A stretch of 64,000 nucleotides of DNA from an uncultured Chloroflexia bacterium (GTDB lineage: Bacteria > Chloroflexota > Limnocylindria > Limnocylindrales > CSP1-4). Each line of letters begins with the position of its first letter. Within the stretch, counting starts at the first letter, position 1. This document shows positions 39,450 through 49,468 of this stretch, piece by piece. Below the pieces are notes generated by a model. That model searched no databases. It was not told the origin of the DNA and saw only the letters and a list, made by a program, of their open reading frames with translations. The position numbers were made by a program, and so were the translations under genes. Location of the stretch: positions 64,332 to 128,331 of the forward strand of contig CAVOJY010000007.1 in the NCBI GenBank assembly GCA_963696405.1. The letters run 5' to 3'.

Positions 39450-40463
39450 TTGTCGGTCCCGGCGGATGTGCCGCCGACGGGATCGAACGGAGAGGCGCCG
39501 GTGCAGGCCTACGGCCGCGCGATATCGAGGGATCAGCTTCGCCCGAGCGAGTACGGGATGGGCGTCGCGAGCGTGGTCGCGGCAGCCGCGTCGTTCGGGT
39601 TGCTCGGCGCGCTGTCGGTGCTGGCGTACGAAGGAGGGATGGCGCCCTCTACCTTCGCCGCCCTGCGGGCGGTCGTGGGCGCGGGTGTCCTCACCGCGGT
39701 CGCGGGCCTGGGTGGGGAGGTGAGCGTCGGCCTGGGGCGCCTCGCACGCCGCGAGCAGTTGATGCTCGCCGTCGCCATCGTGGCGAACGCTTCGCTCAGC
39801 CTGGTTCTTTTCACGGCGTACGGGGCGATGGCCGTCACGCTCGTCCTGGCGATCTACTTCACCTACCCGCTCCTGGTTGCGATGGCGTCGGTTGCGCTCG
39901 GTCGCGAGCGCTTCACTGCTGTCCGGGTCTGCGGCCTCGCGCTGGCGCTCGCGGGAGTCGCGCTCGTGCTCGTCGGTCAGATCGGCCCGGGCGCTCACGT
40001 GTCTCTGCTGGGGGTTGTGTGCGCCGCGGCCGCCGCCGTCTGCCAGGCGACCTACCTCGTGGTCTCACGCTCCGGCTACACGAGGGTTCCACCGGTGCAG
40101 GCGACACGCCTCATCCTCTTCGGCGGCGGACTGCTGGCCGGAGTGGTGGCCGTGGCTCTGGACCTGCCGTCCGGACGCCTCCTGGGCTGGATCGCGTCGC
40201 CGCAGGCGTGGGCCTGCGTGCTCGTGGCCGGCACCGTGTGCGCGGCCTTCGCGAAGGTCTGCCTCCTTCGCGGCGTGCGCCGCATCGGCGGTACGCGAAC
40301 CGCGGTGCTCATGCTCGGCGAGCCAGTGATCGGCGCTGTCGTGGCGGCCGTTGTCCTCGGTCAGCAGCTCACGCCGACAGCTGCGGTCGGCGGGGCGGCG
40401 ATCCTCGTCGCCGCGGCGCTCGTGCAGCGGCCGAGCACGAAACCCGCGGTCCACCGGGTCTGA
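39450..40463 (+). CDS. EamA/DMT-family transporter
   Basis: Two repeated 5-TM EamA-like halves. Start may be 39555. Confidence 0.75.
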   Translation: MSVPADVPPTGSNGEAPVQAYGRAISRDQLRPSEYGMGVASVVAAAASFGLLGALSVLAYEGGMAPSTFAALRAVVGAGVLTAVAGLGGEVSVGLGRLARREQLMLAVAIVANASLSLVLFTAYGAMAVTLVLAIYFTYPLLVAMASVALGRERFTAVRVCGLALALAGVALVLVGQIGPGAHVSLLGVVCAAAAAVCQATYLVVSRSGYTRVPPVQATRLILFGGGLLAGVVAVALDLPSGRLLGWIASPQAWACVLVAGTVCAAFAKVCLLRGVRRIGGTRTAVLMLGEPVIGAVVAAVVLGQQLTPTAAVGGAAILVAAALVQRPSTKPAVHRV

Positions 40464-40552
40464 GCTGAGCAGTCGGGCGGTGCACAGGCCCGGAGACGAC
40501 GGCGCTTCGCTCCGTGCATACTGAGCCCGTCGTCGTGGGTGCAGGAGGCTCC

Positions 40553-40927
40553 ATGCTGTTCCGATACCGAGGCGGCGAGGGGATGCTCGCCTGGGCCTTC
40601 CACCGTGTCAGCGGCATCGCCATCTGGGCGTTCATCATCCTCCACGTCGTCGACATCTACCTGGTGGGCGGCGACCCGAAGGCGTACGACGACATCCTGG
40701 CCATCTACGCCAGCCCGATCGGGCGGATCGGCGAGGTGCTCCTCGGGGCGGCCCTCCTGTACCACGCCCTCAACGGCCTGCGGATCCTGATCATCGACCT
40801 CTGGCCGGCGATGACGAAGTACCAGCGGGCGCTGTGGTACGCCAGCTGGGTGATCTTCGTGGCCGTCTTCATCCCGGGCGCCTGGATCATCCTCATGCCG
40901 GTCCTTCGGCCGGCGCTGGGCTTCTAG
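40553..40927 (+). CDS. sdhC: succinate dehydrogenase cytochrome b subunit
   Basis: HRVSGIAIW...HALNGLR haem-ligand pattern. GGAGG RBS. Confidence 0.8.
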   Translation: MLFRYRGGEGMLAWAFHRVSGIAIWAFIILHVVDIYLVGGDPKAYDDILAIYASPIGRIGEVLLGAALLYHALNGLRILIIDLWPAMTKYQRALWYASWVIFVAVFIPGAWIILMPVLRPALGF

Positions 40928-40939
40928 GGAGGGCGGGCC

Positions 40940-41341
40940 ATGATCTCGATCGACCCGCGCACCCGCGGACGGGCCCGACCCCGGGGCAGCGGCCTGGAGC
41001 TCTTTGCCTGGTACGCCATGCGGGTCACCGGCGTGGCGCTCTTCGTCCTCGCCCTTGCCCACTTCGCGATCATCCACTTCGTCTTCGACGTGGAGGGGCA
41101 GACCGCGGAGTGGATCGCCCAGCAGCGCTGGAACCAGGTCCTCTGGCGGGCCTTCGACTGGGCCCTCCTCATGACCGTCCTCTTCCACAGCTTCATGGGC
41201 ATGCGGACCGTGCTCGGCGACTACGTGCGGGCGCCGCGGGCCCGGATGGTCGTCCTCACCGTGCTCTACGTCACGGCCATCTTCCTTGTGGTGATCGGCA
41301 CGGCCGTGGTGATGACGCTGCCCACACCGGGGTCGAACTGA
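40940..41341 (+). CDS. sdhD: succinate dehydrogenase membrane anchor subunit
   Basis: Three TM helices with a HSFMGMR-like segment. Its stop overlaps the sdhA ATG by 1 nt. Confidence 0.75.
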   Translation: MISIDPRTRGRARPRGSGLELFAWYAMRVTGVALFVLALAHFAIIHFVFDVEGQTAEWIAQQRWNQVLWRAFDWALLMTVLFHSFMGMRTVLGDYVRAPRARMVVLTVLYVTAIFLVVIGTAVVMTLPTPGSN

Positions 41342-43113
41342 TGGGCGGCCCGCCCCTGGGCGGCGGCCTCGCCGGCCGTGCCCCGGTCCTCCACGAGGTG
41401 GACACCGTGGTCGTGGGCGGCGGCGGGGCCGGCCTCTACGCCGCCCTCGAGCTGGCCCGGCAGGGCGTCCCCGCCGCGGTGCTCTCCAAGACCTACCCCA
41501 CGCGCAGCCACACCGGCACCGCCCAGGGGGGCATCTGCGCCGCCCTCGGCAACGTGGAGGAGGACCACCCCGAGTGGCACATGTTCGACACCGTGAAGGG
41601 CGGCGACTACCTGGTGGACCAGGACGCCGCCGAGATCCTGGCCCGCGAGGCGGTGGAGACGGTGATCGAACTGGAGCACGAGGGCCTGCCCTTCAACCGC
41701 ACTCCCGAGGGGAAGATCGACCAGCGCCGCTTCGGCGGCCATACCCGCAACTTCGGGGAGGCCCCCGTCAAGCGCGCCTGCTACGCCGCCGATCGCACGG
41801 GGCACATGATCCTCCAGACGCTCTACCAGCAGTGCACCAAGCGGGGCGTCCGCTTCTACGACGAGTACGCCGTGGTGGACCTCCTGGTGGACGGCGGCCT
41901 CTGCCGCGGGGTGGTGGCCTACCGGGTGGCCGACGGCGAGATCCACATCTTCCGGGCCAAGGCGGTCCTCCTGGCCACCGGCGGCTTCGGGCGGATGTTC
42001 CGCATCACCTCCAATGCCCACACGTACACCGGCGACGGCCCGGCCCTGGCCTACCGGCGGGGCATCCCGCTCGAGGACATGGAGTTCTACCAGTTCCATC
42101 CCACCGGTCTCTACGGCCTCGGCGTCCTGCTCAGTGAGGCGGCCCGGGGGGAGGGCGCCTACCTGCGCAACGGCCTGGGCGAGCGGTTCATGGAGCGCTA
42201 TGCCCCGCGGCTCATGGAGCTGGCCCCCCGGGATCTCACCAGCCGGGCCATCTACACCGAGATCCGCGAGGGCCGCGGGGTGGACGGCAAGGACTACGTC
42301 TGGCTCGACCTCACGCACCTGGGCCGCAAGGTCATCGACGAGAAGCTCCCCGACATCACGGACTTCGCCCGCGTGTACCAGGGAGTGGAGCCCATCACGC
42401 AACCCATCGCCATCGTGCCCACCGCCCACTACGCCATGGGCGGGGTACCCACCAACGCCGACGCCCAGGTGGTGGTCGACGAGGCGAACACCGTGCTCCC
42501 CGGGCTCTACGCCGCCGGCGAGTGTGCCTGCGTGTCGGTGCACGGGGCGAACCGCCTGGGCACGAACTCACTGCTCGACATCCTCGTCTTCGGCCGGCGG
42601 GCCGGGCGCGACATGGCCCGCTTCGCTCGAGCGAGCGCGCTCCCCGAGGTGGCGGCCGATGTCCACGAGCCGGTCCAGGCCGACATCGAGACCCTGCGCT
42701 CCCGGCGGGAGGGCGAACCGGCCGCCCGCCTCCGCGACGAGCTCGCCGCGGCGATGATGGAGGACTGCGGGGTCTTCCGCACCGACGAGACGCTGCGCCG
42801 GACCCAGAAGACGGTGCGCGAGCTCCGCGAGCGGTACCGGCGAGTGCGGGTTCAGAACCAGGGTGCGGCCTTCAATACCGACCTCATCGATGCCCTCGAG
42901 CTGGGGTACCTGCTCGACTGCGCCGAGGTGACTGTGGCGGCCTGCCTCGCGCGCACGGAGTCCCGCGGCGCCCATTACCGGGAGGACTACCCCGACCGCG
43001 ACGACACCAACTGGCTGAAGCACTCCCTGGCGTACGCGGAGGAGGGCGGCCCCGCCCTCCGCTACAAGCCGGTCACCATCACGCGCTTCGAACCGAAGCC
43101 GCGGACGTACTGA
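41341..43113 (+). CDS. sdhA: succinate dehydrogenase flavoprotein subunit
   Basis: [10 protein letters not shown], covalent-FAD His in [17 protein letters not shown], and the C-terminal domain. Confidence 0.95.
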   Translation: MGGPPLGGGLAGRAPVLHEVDTVVVGGGGAGLYAALELARQGVPAAVLSKTYPTRSHTGTAQGGICAALGNVEEDHPEWHMFDTVKGGDYLVDQDAAEILAREAVETVIELEHEGLPFNRTPEGKIDQRRFGGHTRNFGEAPVKRACYAADRTGHMILQTLYQQCTKRGVRFYDEYAVVDLLVDGGLCRGVVAYRVADGEIHIFRAKAVLLATGGFGRMFRITSNAHTYTGDGPALAYRRGIPLEDMEFYQFHPTGLYGLGVLLSEAARGEGAYLRNGLGERFMERYAPRLMELAPRDLTSRAIYTEIREGRGVDGKDYVWLDLTHLGRKVIDEKLPDITDFARVYQGVEPITQPIAIVPTAHYAMGGVPTNADAQVVVDEANTVLPGLYAAGECACVSVHGANRLGTNSLLDILVFGRRAGRDMARFARASALPEVAADVHEPVQADIETLRSRREGEPAARLRDELAAAMMEDCGVFRTDETLRRTQKTVRELRERYRRVRVQNQGAAFNTDLIDALELGYLLDCAEVTVAACLARTESRGAHYREDYPDRDDTNWLKHSLAYAEEGGPALRYKPVTITRFEPKPRTY

Positions 43114-43128
43114 GCGGGGTGCCAGGCG

Positions 43129-43827
43129 ATGCAGGTTGAGCTGCGCATCCAGCGCTTCGATCCGGCGCGCGACCGAAAGCCGCGCTGGGAGCAGTACCGG
43201 GTCGAGGCCGAACCGATGGCGCGCGTCCTCGATCTCCTCCACGCGGTGCAGTGGGAACAGGACGGCACGCTCGCCTTCCGGCGGTCCTGTGCCCACGGCA
43301 TCTGCGGCTCGGACGCCATGTTCATCAACGGCCGCAACCGTCTTGCCTGCAAGACGCGGGTGGATCAGCTGGGCCGGAAGATCAGCGTCGCGCCGCTGCC
43401 CGGTCTGCCGGTCCTCCGGGACCTCATCGTGGACATGGAGGGCTTCTTCGCGAAGTACCGCACGGTGATGCCGTTCCTCGTGAACGACAGCGAGCCTCCA
43501 GTGGCCGAGAGGCTCCAATCGCCTGCCGAACGGGCCCGCTTCGATGACACCACGAAGTGCATCCTCTGCGGGGCCTGCACGGCCTCCTGCCCGTCCTTCT
43601 GGGCCCAGCCCGCGTACGTGGGCCCGGCGGCCATCGTCAACGCCCACCGCTTCATCTTCGACTCCCGCGACGAGGCGGCGCGCGAGCGCCTGGACATCCT
43701 GGCCGACGCCGACGGCGTGTGGCGCTGCCGGACGATCTTCAACTGCGTGGACGCCTGCCCCCGGGGCATCAACATCACGCGGGCCATCCTGGAGGTCTCC
43801 CGGGCCGTCGTGGAGAAGCACGCCTGA
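43129..43827 (+). CDS. sdhB: succinate dehydrogenase iron-sulfur subunit
   Basis: 2Fe-2S CAHGICGSDAMFINGRNRLACKT. 4Fe-4S CILCGACTASCP. 3Fe-4S CRTIFNCVDACP. Confidence 0.95.
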   Translation: MQVELRIQRFDPARDRKPRWEQYRVEAEPMARVLDLLHAVQWEQDGTLAFRRSCAHGICGSDAMFINGRNRLACKTRVDQLGRKISVAPLPGLPVLRDLIVDMEGFFAKYRTVMPFLVNDSEPPVAERLQSPAERARFDDTTKCILCGACTASCPSFWAQPAYVGPAAIVNAHRFIFDSRDEAARERLDILADADGVWRCRTIFNCVDACPRGINITRAILEVSRAVVEKHA

Positions 43828-43862
43828 GCGGCGAGGCGCGCCCGGTCGGCGACCTCCGGCTC

Positions 43863-44411
43863 GTGATCCGGGCAGACGGGGCAGCACGCGGCAACCCCGG
43901 CCCGGCCTCCTGCGGGGCCGTGCTCATCGACGCCTCGTTCCCGGGCGCCCTTGAGCCCGATGCAGCGCCGCTCGCGGTGATCGCACGCGCGCTCGGGACG
44001 AAGACCAACAACGTGGCCGAGTACACCGGCGTCCTGCTCGCGCTCCGTCTGGCGCAGCGCCTCGGCGCCGCGGAGGTGGACCTCGTGCTCGATTCGAACC
44101 TCGTGGTGGAGCAGCTCAACCTGCGCTGGAAGGTGCGCGACGCGAAGCTCCGCCCGCTCTTCGCCGAGGTACGGCGGCTTCTTGCCGGGTTCCGGCGCTG
44201 GAGCGCCGTGCACGAGCCTCGCGAGCGGAACCGGGCCGCCGACGCTCTCTGCAACCTCGCGCTCGACGATCCGCAGGCGGCCGCGGAGGCCGAGCGCCGG
44301 TTCGCCGGGCCGTTCGCCGAACCGGACGGTGCGCCGCTCACCCCGGGGCCCGGGAGAGGGGAGGCGACGGACGTGCCCGGTCAGCCGGGACTCTTCGAAC
44401 CGGGCGGCTGA
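43863..44411 (+). CDS. rnhA: ribonuclease HI (start uncertain; may begin a few codons upstream)
   Basis: VIRADGAARGNPGPASCGAVL...NNVAEYTGVLLALRLA...RERNRAADALCN. Confidence 0.7.
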   Translation: MIRADGAARGNPGPASCGAVLIDASFPGALEPDAAPLAVIARALGTKTNNVAEYTGVLLALRLAQRLGAAEVDLVLDSNLVVEQLNLRWKVRDAKLRPLFAEVRRLLAGFRRWSAVHEPRERNRAADALCNLALDDPQAAAEAERRFAGPFAEPDGAPLTPGPGRGEATDVPGQPGLFEPGG

Positions 44412-46280
44412 TCAGCCGGGTCCTCCTCGCCCGGGGTCTGCCCGAGGTCGGCCGAGGCAGGGCGCGACTCGGCCTGGGGTCCCGGCCTCGGGTTCGGCAT
44501 GATCGCGGCGGCCGTGCCCGTGATGCTCGCGTCGCCGCTCGTGACTGCCCTGGTGGCCGCCCTCTTCGTCCCAGTCGCTCCAGGGTACGTCGTGGTGCGA
44601 CAGGTACTCCTTGACCGCGACACCGAGGGTGGGGAAGAACAGCTCCCTTCCGATCTGCGAGGTGAGCCCGTAGCGCATGAGCCGGTCCTTGACGGGATCC
44701 TTCATCTCGGCGAACCCAAGCTCGATGCCCTGCGCTTCGAGCTCATCCTCGAGCTCCTGGAGCATGTCGGCGGCGGTCGAGTCTACGTCGGTGACCGGCT
44801 CGGCCGCGACCACCACCCAGCGCGCCGGCGGGTCGGCCGCCGCGATCGCCCGGCGGATTCGTCCGCGGAAGAGGTCCGCATTGGCGAAGAACAGCGGCGC
44901 ATCCCAGCGGAACAGGACGAGACCGGGGACCGTGCGGGCGTCGGGGTAGCGGGTCACGTCGTGGTAGCCCTTGAGGCCCTCGACCCGGCCGAGGACCGCG
45001 TCGTGGGGACGCCACGCTCGCCGCAGGAAGTCGAGCAGTGACAGGGCCACGGCCACGGCGATTCCGTTCAGCACGCCGAGTACCGCCACGGCGAGGAAGC
45101 TCCCCAGTGCGAGGGCGAACTCCTCGCGCCGCACCCGGTACAGCCGGCGGACGCCCTCCACCTCGAACAGGCCGAGCGCGGCCGAGATGACGACCGCGGC
45201 GAGCGCGGCCATGGGCAGGTAGTACACCAGGCCGGGCGCCGCGACGAGGAGGAGGGCGATGGCCAGGGCACCCACCACGCCGGTCAGCTGGGTCTTTGCC
45301 CCGGCCGATTCGGCAACCGGGGTTCGGGACGCGCTGCTGCTGATCGGGAACCCCTGCACGAACCCGCACGCCAGGCTGGCCGCCCCGAGCGCCACCAGCT
45401 CCTGGTTCGGGTCGACTTCGTAGCGGCCGCGGATCGCGAACGTGCGAGACAGGACGCTCGTCTCGGCGAACGAGACAAGCGCGATCCCCAGCGCGGCCGT
45501 GAAGAGCGATCCCAGGTCGGCGAGGCCGACCGAGGGGATCGCCGGGACCGGGAGACCCTGGGGAACGGGGCCGACGACCCGGACCTGGTCTGCCAGCCCG
45601 AGCACGGCGACCGCAATCGTGGCGAGGACGACTGCCACGAGCACAGCCGGGAACCGTGGGGCCAGCCGTTTCGCGATGAGGATCAGCGCGAGGCAGGCCA
45701 CACCGATCACGAGCGCCGGCACGACGGTCCGACCCTCGACGAGGCCGCCCGCGAAGGCGATCGTCCCGGGAATGACGCCGCTCACGTCGACGGAGAACCC
45801 GAACAGCTTCGGCAGCTGGCTGACGATGACCGTCAGCGCGATGCCGTTCATGTAGCCGAAGCGCACCGGTTTCGAGATGAGCTCGGTGACGAACCCGAGG
45901 CGGGCCAGGCCGGCGGCCACGCCGATCGCCCCGGTGAAGATCGCGAGCATGCCCGCCAGTGCAACCGCGCGCTGCGGGTCGCCGGCCGCCAGCGGAAGGA
46001 TCGCGGCCGCGATGAGTGGGGCGAGCCCCGAGTCCGGCCCGACCACGAGAATCCGTGACGGGCCGAAGATCGCATACGCGACCAGCGGCACGATGGTGGC
46101 GTAGAGCCCGGTGATGGCAGGAAGGCCGGCCGCCTCGGCGTAGGCCATCCCGGCCGGCACGAGGAGGGCCGAGAGGATGAGTCCGGCGGCGATGTCCTGT
46201 CGGAGCCACGGCAGCTGGTAGGTGCGGGCGGTTCGGAGCCCGGGCAGCCACCTCTCGGGCCTGGTCGCCGCCTGGCTCAT
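44412..46280 (-). CDS. SulP-family anion transporter with C-terminal STAS domain (His/Arg-rich tail may be a read-through artefact)
   Basis: SulP TM core, then STAS (VVVAAEPVTDVDSTAADMLQELEDELEAQGIELGFAEM). Confidence 0.85.
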   Translation of the reverse strand: MSQAATRPERWLPGLRTARTYQLPWLRQDIAAGLILSALLVPAGMAYAEAAGLPAITGLYATIVPLVAYAIFGPSRILVVGPDSGLAPLIAAAILPLAAGDPQRAVALAGMLAIFTGAIGVAAGLARLGFVTELISKPVRFGYMNGIALTVIVSQLPKLFGFSVDVSGVIPGTIAFAGGLVEGRTVVPALVIGVACLALILIAKRLAPRFPAVLVAVVLATIAVAVLGLADQVRVVGPVPQGLPVPAIPSVGLADLGSLFTAALGIALVSFAETSVLSRTFAIRGRYEVDPNQELVALGAASLACGFVQGFPISSSASRTPVAESAGAKTQLTGVVGALAIALLLVAAPGLVYYLPMAALAAVVISAALGLFEVEGVRRLYRVRREEFALALGSFLAVAVLGVLNGIAVAVALSLLDFLRRAWRPHDAVLGRVEGLKGYHDVTRYPDARTVPGLVLFRWDAPLFFANADLFRGRIRRAIAAADPPARWVVVAAEPVTDVDSTAADMLQELEDELEAQGIELGFAEMKDPVKDRLMRYGLTSQIGRELFFPTLGVAVKEYLSHHDVPWSDWDEEGGHQGSHERRREHHGHGRRDHAEPEAGTPGRVAPCLGRPRADPGRGGPG

Positions 46281-46391
46281 CGGACCGCGGTCCGGTGCGA
46301 TCCCGGGAGTGCGCGCAACGTTCGCGGCAGCATGCGGTGCAGTGTAGACAAGTGGAATCGAGACTCCACGGGTCCTGCGCGTAGAATCCGG

Positions 46392-46738
46392 CGGTCAGCG
46401 AGACGGCCGGACGGTCGCGGGCCGCCGGGGTTTCCCGGTCGGTTCGAGGAAAGTCCGAGCTCCATGACGCAGGGCAGCGGGTAACGCCCGTCCGCCGCGA
46501 GGCGAGGACCAGCGCCACAGAGACGAGTCCGGCTTCGGCCGGGGTGAAACGCGGCAAGCTCTGCCCGGTGCAAGGCCGAATAGGGGGACGATGCCGGGCT
46601 CCGGCCCGGCGAGAGGCGCGTCACCGAGTCCCCGGGTAGGCCGCTAGAGCCGGCGGGCAACCGCCGGTCGCAGATGGATGACCGTCGCCGCGGCCGGGCC
46701 GCGGCACAGAACTCGGCTTACAGGCCGTCTCGCTGACA
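46392..46738 (+). ncRNA. rnpB: RNase P RNA, bacterial type A
   Basis: P1 pairing GTCAGCGAGACGGCC (46395-46409) with GGCCGTCTCGCTGAC (46723-46737). Conserved GAGGAAAGTCCGAGCTCCA, AGGGCAGCGGGTAACGCC and ACAGAACTCGGCTTACAGGCC blocks. Confidence 0.85.
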
Positions 46739-46772
46739 CCCAGGCCCGCTGCGCCGGCTTCCCGTGCCCGGT

Positions 46773-47093
46773 TCAGTCCTCGTCGGGGCGGAAGATGTTC
46801 GTCGCCTCGCACGTATCGCAGATCGGGCGGGCCGTCTCCAGGTCCCCGAGCGGCAGGGGAACCGCGTGCTCCGCGCGCAGGCACTCGACCTCGTAGAGCG
46901 GCAGCGCGCCGCCGCGAAGCAGCGCCATTCGCCGGAAGTTGCAGCGGCGAATGTGCGTCCGGGCGCCTCCCTGATGCAGCGCCGGGTTCCTCACCAGCTC
47001 CCTGATTGCCACGGCGGATGGATTCCCTCCGGCCGACAGCGTAACCGCGCCGTCGCCGGCGCGAAGCGACCAGATCGTACCAGCGTTGTCCAC
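46773..47093 (-). CDS. small hypothetical protein (106 aa) with C-terminal C-x21-CxxC
   Basis: High GC3 (about 85%). GTG start embedded in GGAAGGGG. No confident family assignment. Confidence 0.35.
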   Translation of the reverse strand: MDNAGTIWSLRAGDGAVTLSAGGNPSAVAIRELVRNPALHQGGARTHIRRCNFRRMALLRGGALPLYEVECLRAEHAVPLPLGDLETARPICDTCEATNIFRPDED

Positions 47094-47146
47094 CCCTTCC
47101 GCCTACGGGAGCCGGGTCCCATGACGAAAGAACCCTCGATACCCCA

Positions 47147-47210
47147 TTGACGACGCCCTCCTGAGGTGTAGAATGCCCACCGAATGGCGCGAAGTGGCGC
47201 CAAGTGGGGA
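47147..47210 (+). promoter_or_regulatory. candidate Pmra promoter (TTGACG - 16 nt - TAGAAT) followed by GTGG direct repeats (putative MraZ operator)
   Basis: TTGACG at 47147-47152 and TAGAAT at 47169-47174. GTGG at 47194 and 47204 (10-bp spacing), plus CCCAC at 47176. Confidence 0.4.
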
Positions 47211-47320
47211 ACAGAGGGGAAGACGGACGGCGGCGAGAGGCCCTGGTGGGGCATCCGCGCCGGTGGCGGCGTCTCCGATGGACCCCGGTGGGACGGGAAC
47301 GAGGGAAGGGGCCGAACGGC

Positions 47321-47750
47321 GTGTTCATCGGCGAGTACCGCCACACGGTGGACGAGAAGGGACGGATCGCCGTTCCCGTCCGTTTCCGTGCGCAGTTCCC
47401 CGAGGGCGCCGTTGTCGCACGCTGGCTCGACGGCTGCGGTGCCATCCACCCACCAGAGGAGTGGGACAAGGTCATGGCCCGGCTCGATTCGCTTCCGATC
47501 AGCGACCGGAATGCGCGGCAGACCGATCGCGCGCTGTCGTCGCGAGCGTTCCCCCTCGACATGGACAAGCAGGGGCGGTTCGTCGTCCCGCAGATGGTCC
47601 GGGAATGGGCGGGCCTCACCGACGAGGTCGTCATCGTCGGGCGCCCGCGACCACGTCGAGCTCTGGGAGCCGTCCCGGTGGGCCGAGTACATCGCCGCCA
47701 CGGAGTCCCCCGACGCGCTCGGCGAGCTCCTCCAGGGGCTCGGGATCTAG
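47321..47750 (+). CDS. mraZ: transcriptional regulator MraZ, with an apparent 1-nt insertion near 47638-47640
   Basis: GTG start with GAGGGAAGGGG RBS. VFIGEYRHTVDEKGRIAVP... The second SpoVT/AbrB half and C-terminus (GARDHVELWEPSRWAEYI...) are in the +1 frame after gtcGGGcgc. Confidence 0.85.
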
Positions 47751-47762
47751 GCGGATCGAGAG

Positions 47763-48831
47763 ATGCCGTCGACGACGCCCACCCGGCAGCCCTCTTCCCG
47801 GCCCAGGAGCAACCCCGCATCGACGGCGGCGCGGCCGCCACGCATCTCCAGGGTCCGGACGGATCCGCCCGACAACCGGTCGTCCGTGGAAGAAGGGCAC
47901 CTGCCCGTGATGGCGGAAGAGGTCCTGAACGCCCTCTCCCCCCATCCGGGCAGCTTCCAGGTCGATGCCACGGTCGGGGGCGGAGGGCACGCCGTCCGGA
48001 TCCTGGAGGCCACCTCGCCCGACGGCCGGCTCCTCGGTCTCGATGCTGACCCGGCCGCCGTGAGACGCACGCGCACGACGTCTTGCACGGTTCGGCGGGC
48101 GGGCGGTCCTCCGACAGGCGAACTTCGAGCACCTCGCCGGGATCGCGACCGCAACAGGGTTCGACGTCGTGGACGGCGTCCTTTTCGACCTGGGTCTGAG
48201 CTCACACCAGCTCGCGGAGGAGGCCCGCGGTTTCAGCTTCCGCGCCGACGGTCCTCTCGACATGCGGTTCGACCCGACGCGCGGCGAGCCGGCATCCGCC
48301 CTGGTTGAGCGACTCGACCAGCGCGAGCTCGCCCGTCTCTTCCGCGCCTACGGCGAGGAGCCGTTTGCGCCCCGGATCGCTCGGGCCATCGTCGCGGCGC
48401 GGGAGAGCCGGCCCATCCGGACCTCTCGCGAGCTCGCGGAGATCATCGAAGCGGTGGTCCCCCGCCCGCGCGCCGGGAGGCGGAGCATCCATCCGGCGAC
48501 ACGGACGTTCCAGGCCCTCCGCATCGCTGTCAACCGCGAGCTCGAGGTCCTGGAAGGCGCTCTCGCGGCGGCCTGCGACCTGCTGCGGCCCGGTGGCCGG
48601 CTGGTGGTCCTCAGCTACCACTCGCTCGAGGACCGCATCGTGAAGCGCTATTTCGCCGCCGAGAGACGCGGCTGCGTCTGCCCGCCGTCCCTGCCGGTCT
48701 GCGTGTGCGGCCGCATCCCCCGCCTTCGCCCCGTCGGGCGCAATCCGGGGCGGCCCTCGCAGTTGGAGATCGATACCAATCCACGTGCGCGGAGCGCCCG
48801 CCTGCGGGCTGCCGAGCGCCTGGCCGCCTGA
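47763..48831 (+). CDS. rsmH: 16S rRNA (cytosine1402-N4)-methyltransferase, with an apparent frameshift near 48061-48085
   Basis: [13 protein letters not shown]...[10 protein letters not shown], then a frame change to ...[18 protein letters not shown]...GPLDMRFD...[12 protein letters not shown]. Start could be ATG 47763 or GTG 47886. Confidence 0.85.
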
Positions 48832-48911
48832 GCCTGTCCCGGGGGTGCGAGCCCGAGGGAAGGCCAGGCCGAACGACGGAAGGTCGAGAAGGGAAGGAAG
48901 GGGGTCGAACG

Positions 48912-49118
48912 ATGTCGAGAAGGCACCAACTCACCAGGCGGCGCTCCTACGCACGCCGGCAGCGGGAGCTTCGGCGGATCGGCACCGGGCACGGCCCGGC
49001 GCGCCTCCACGGCGCGCCGATGTGGCTCATTGCCGAACCGGGCGAGCCCGACGGAGCCGGTCCTGGGTTCATCGGCGTGCCGATGCTGCTCCCGTGCGTC
49101 GCTGAGGGCCGCATCTGA
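48912..49118 (+). CDS. small Arg-rich hypothetical protein (68 aa) translationally coupled to ftsL
   Basis: GGAAGGAAGGGGG RBS 6 nt before the ATG. Its stop TGA overlaps the ftsL ATG (ATGA). No homology that I can name. Confidence 0.45.
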   Translation: MSRRHQLTRRRSYARRQRELRRIGTGHGPARLHGAPMWLIAEPGEPDGAGPGFIGVPMLLPCVAEGRI

Positions 49119-49462
49119 TGGCGGTCTACGAGGGCGCACGGCCGCAGCCGTTCGCGCTGGCCCGGCGGCGTCAGCCCGTCCCAGTCCGGGCGGGCCGGCG
49201 AACGAGCCGGGTCGGCCTCGCCCTCGCCGGGATCCTGGTCGCTTTCCTGTTGGGGCTCTTCTACCTGACCCAGACAGTCCATGTTGCGGCAACGAACTAC
49301 GACATCGGCGCGCTCGCGCAGGAGCGTGATCGGATGAGCCAGCAGTTGCAGTCGCTCCAGGGCGACATCGCACGGCTCGGCGCCGAGTACGCCATCGGCA
49401 GGCGCGCGCAGGAGCTGGGCCTCAATCCACTCGGGGCCGCGGTCTGGGTTCCGGCGCCCTAG
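49118..49462 (+). CDS. ftsL: cell division protein FtsL-like (septum formation initiator)
   Basis: Position between rsmH and ftsI. Single TM segment (VGLALAGILVAFLLGLFYL) followed by a coiled-coil. Confidence 0.75.
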   Translation: MAVYEGARPQPFALARRRQPVPVRAGRRTSRVGLALAGILVAFLLGLFYLTQTVHVAATNYDIGALAQERDRMSQQLQSLQGDIARLGAEYAIGRRAQELGLNPLGAAVWVPAP

Positions 49463-49468
49463 GCCGCC

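Noticed and set aside
43824-43862. CTG or upstream start for rnhA giving an N-terminus DLRLVIRADG
   Set aside because: There is no ATG/GTG/TTG in frame between the sdhB stop and GTG 43863. I kept GTG 43863 and flagged the start as uncertain rather than invoking a CUG start.
44412-44560. His/Arg-rich C-terminal tail of SulP (GGHQGSHERRREHHGHGRRDH) as a metal-binding extension
   Set aside because: Could be real, but it begins right after the STAS domain and runs to abut rnhA with zero spacing. In this assembly, read-through after a missed frameshift is at least as likely, so I left it unscored.
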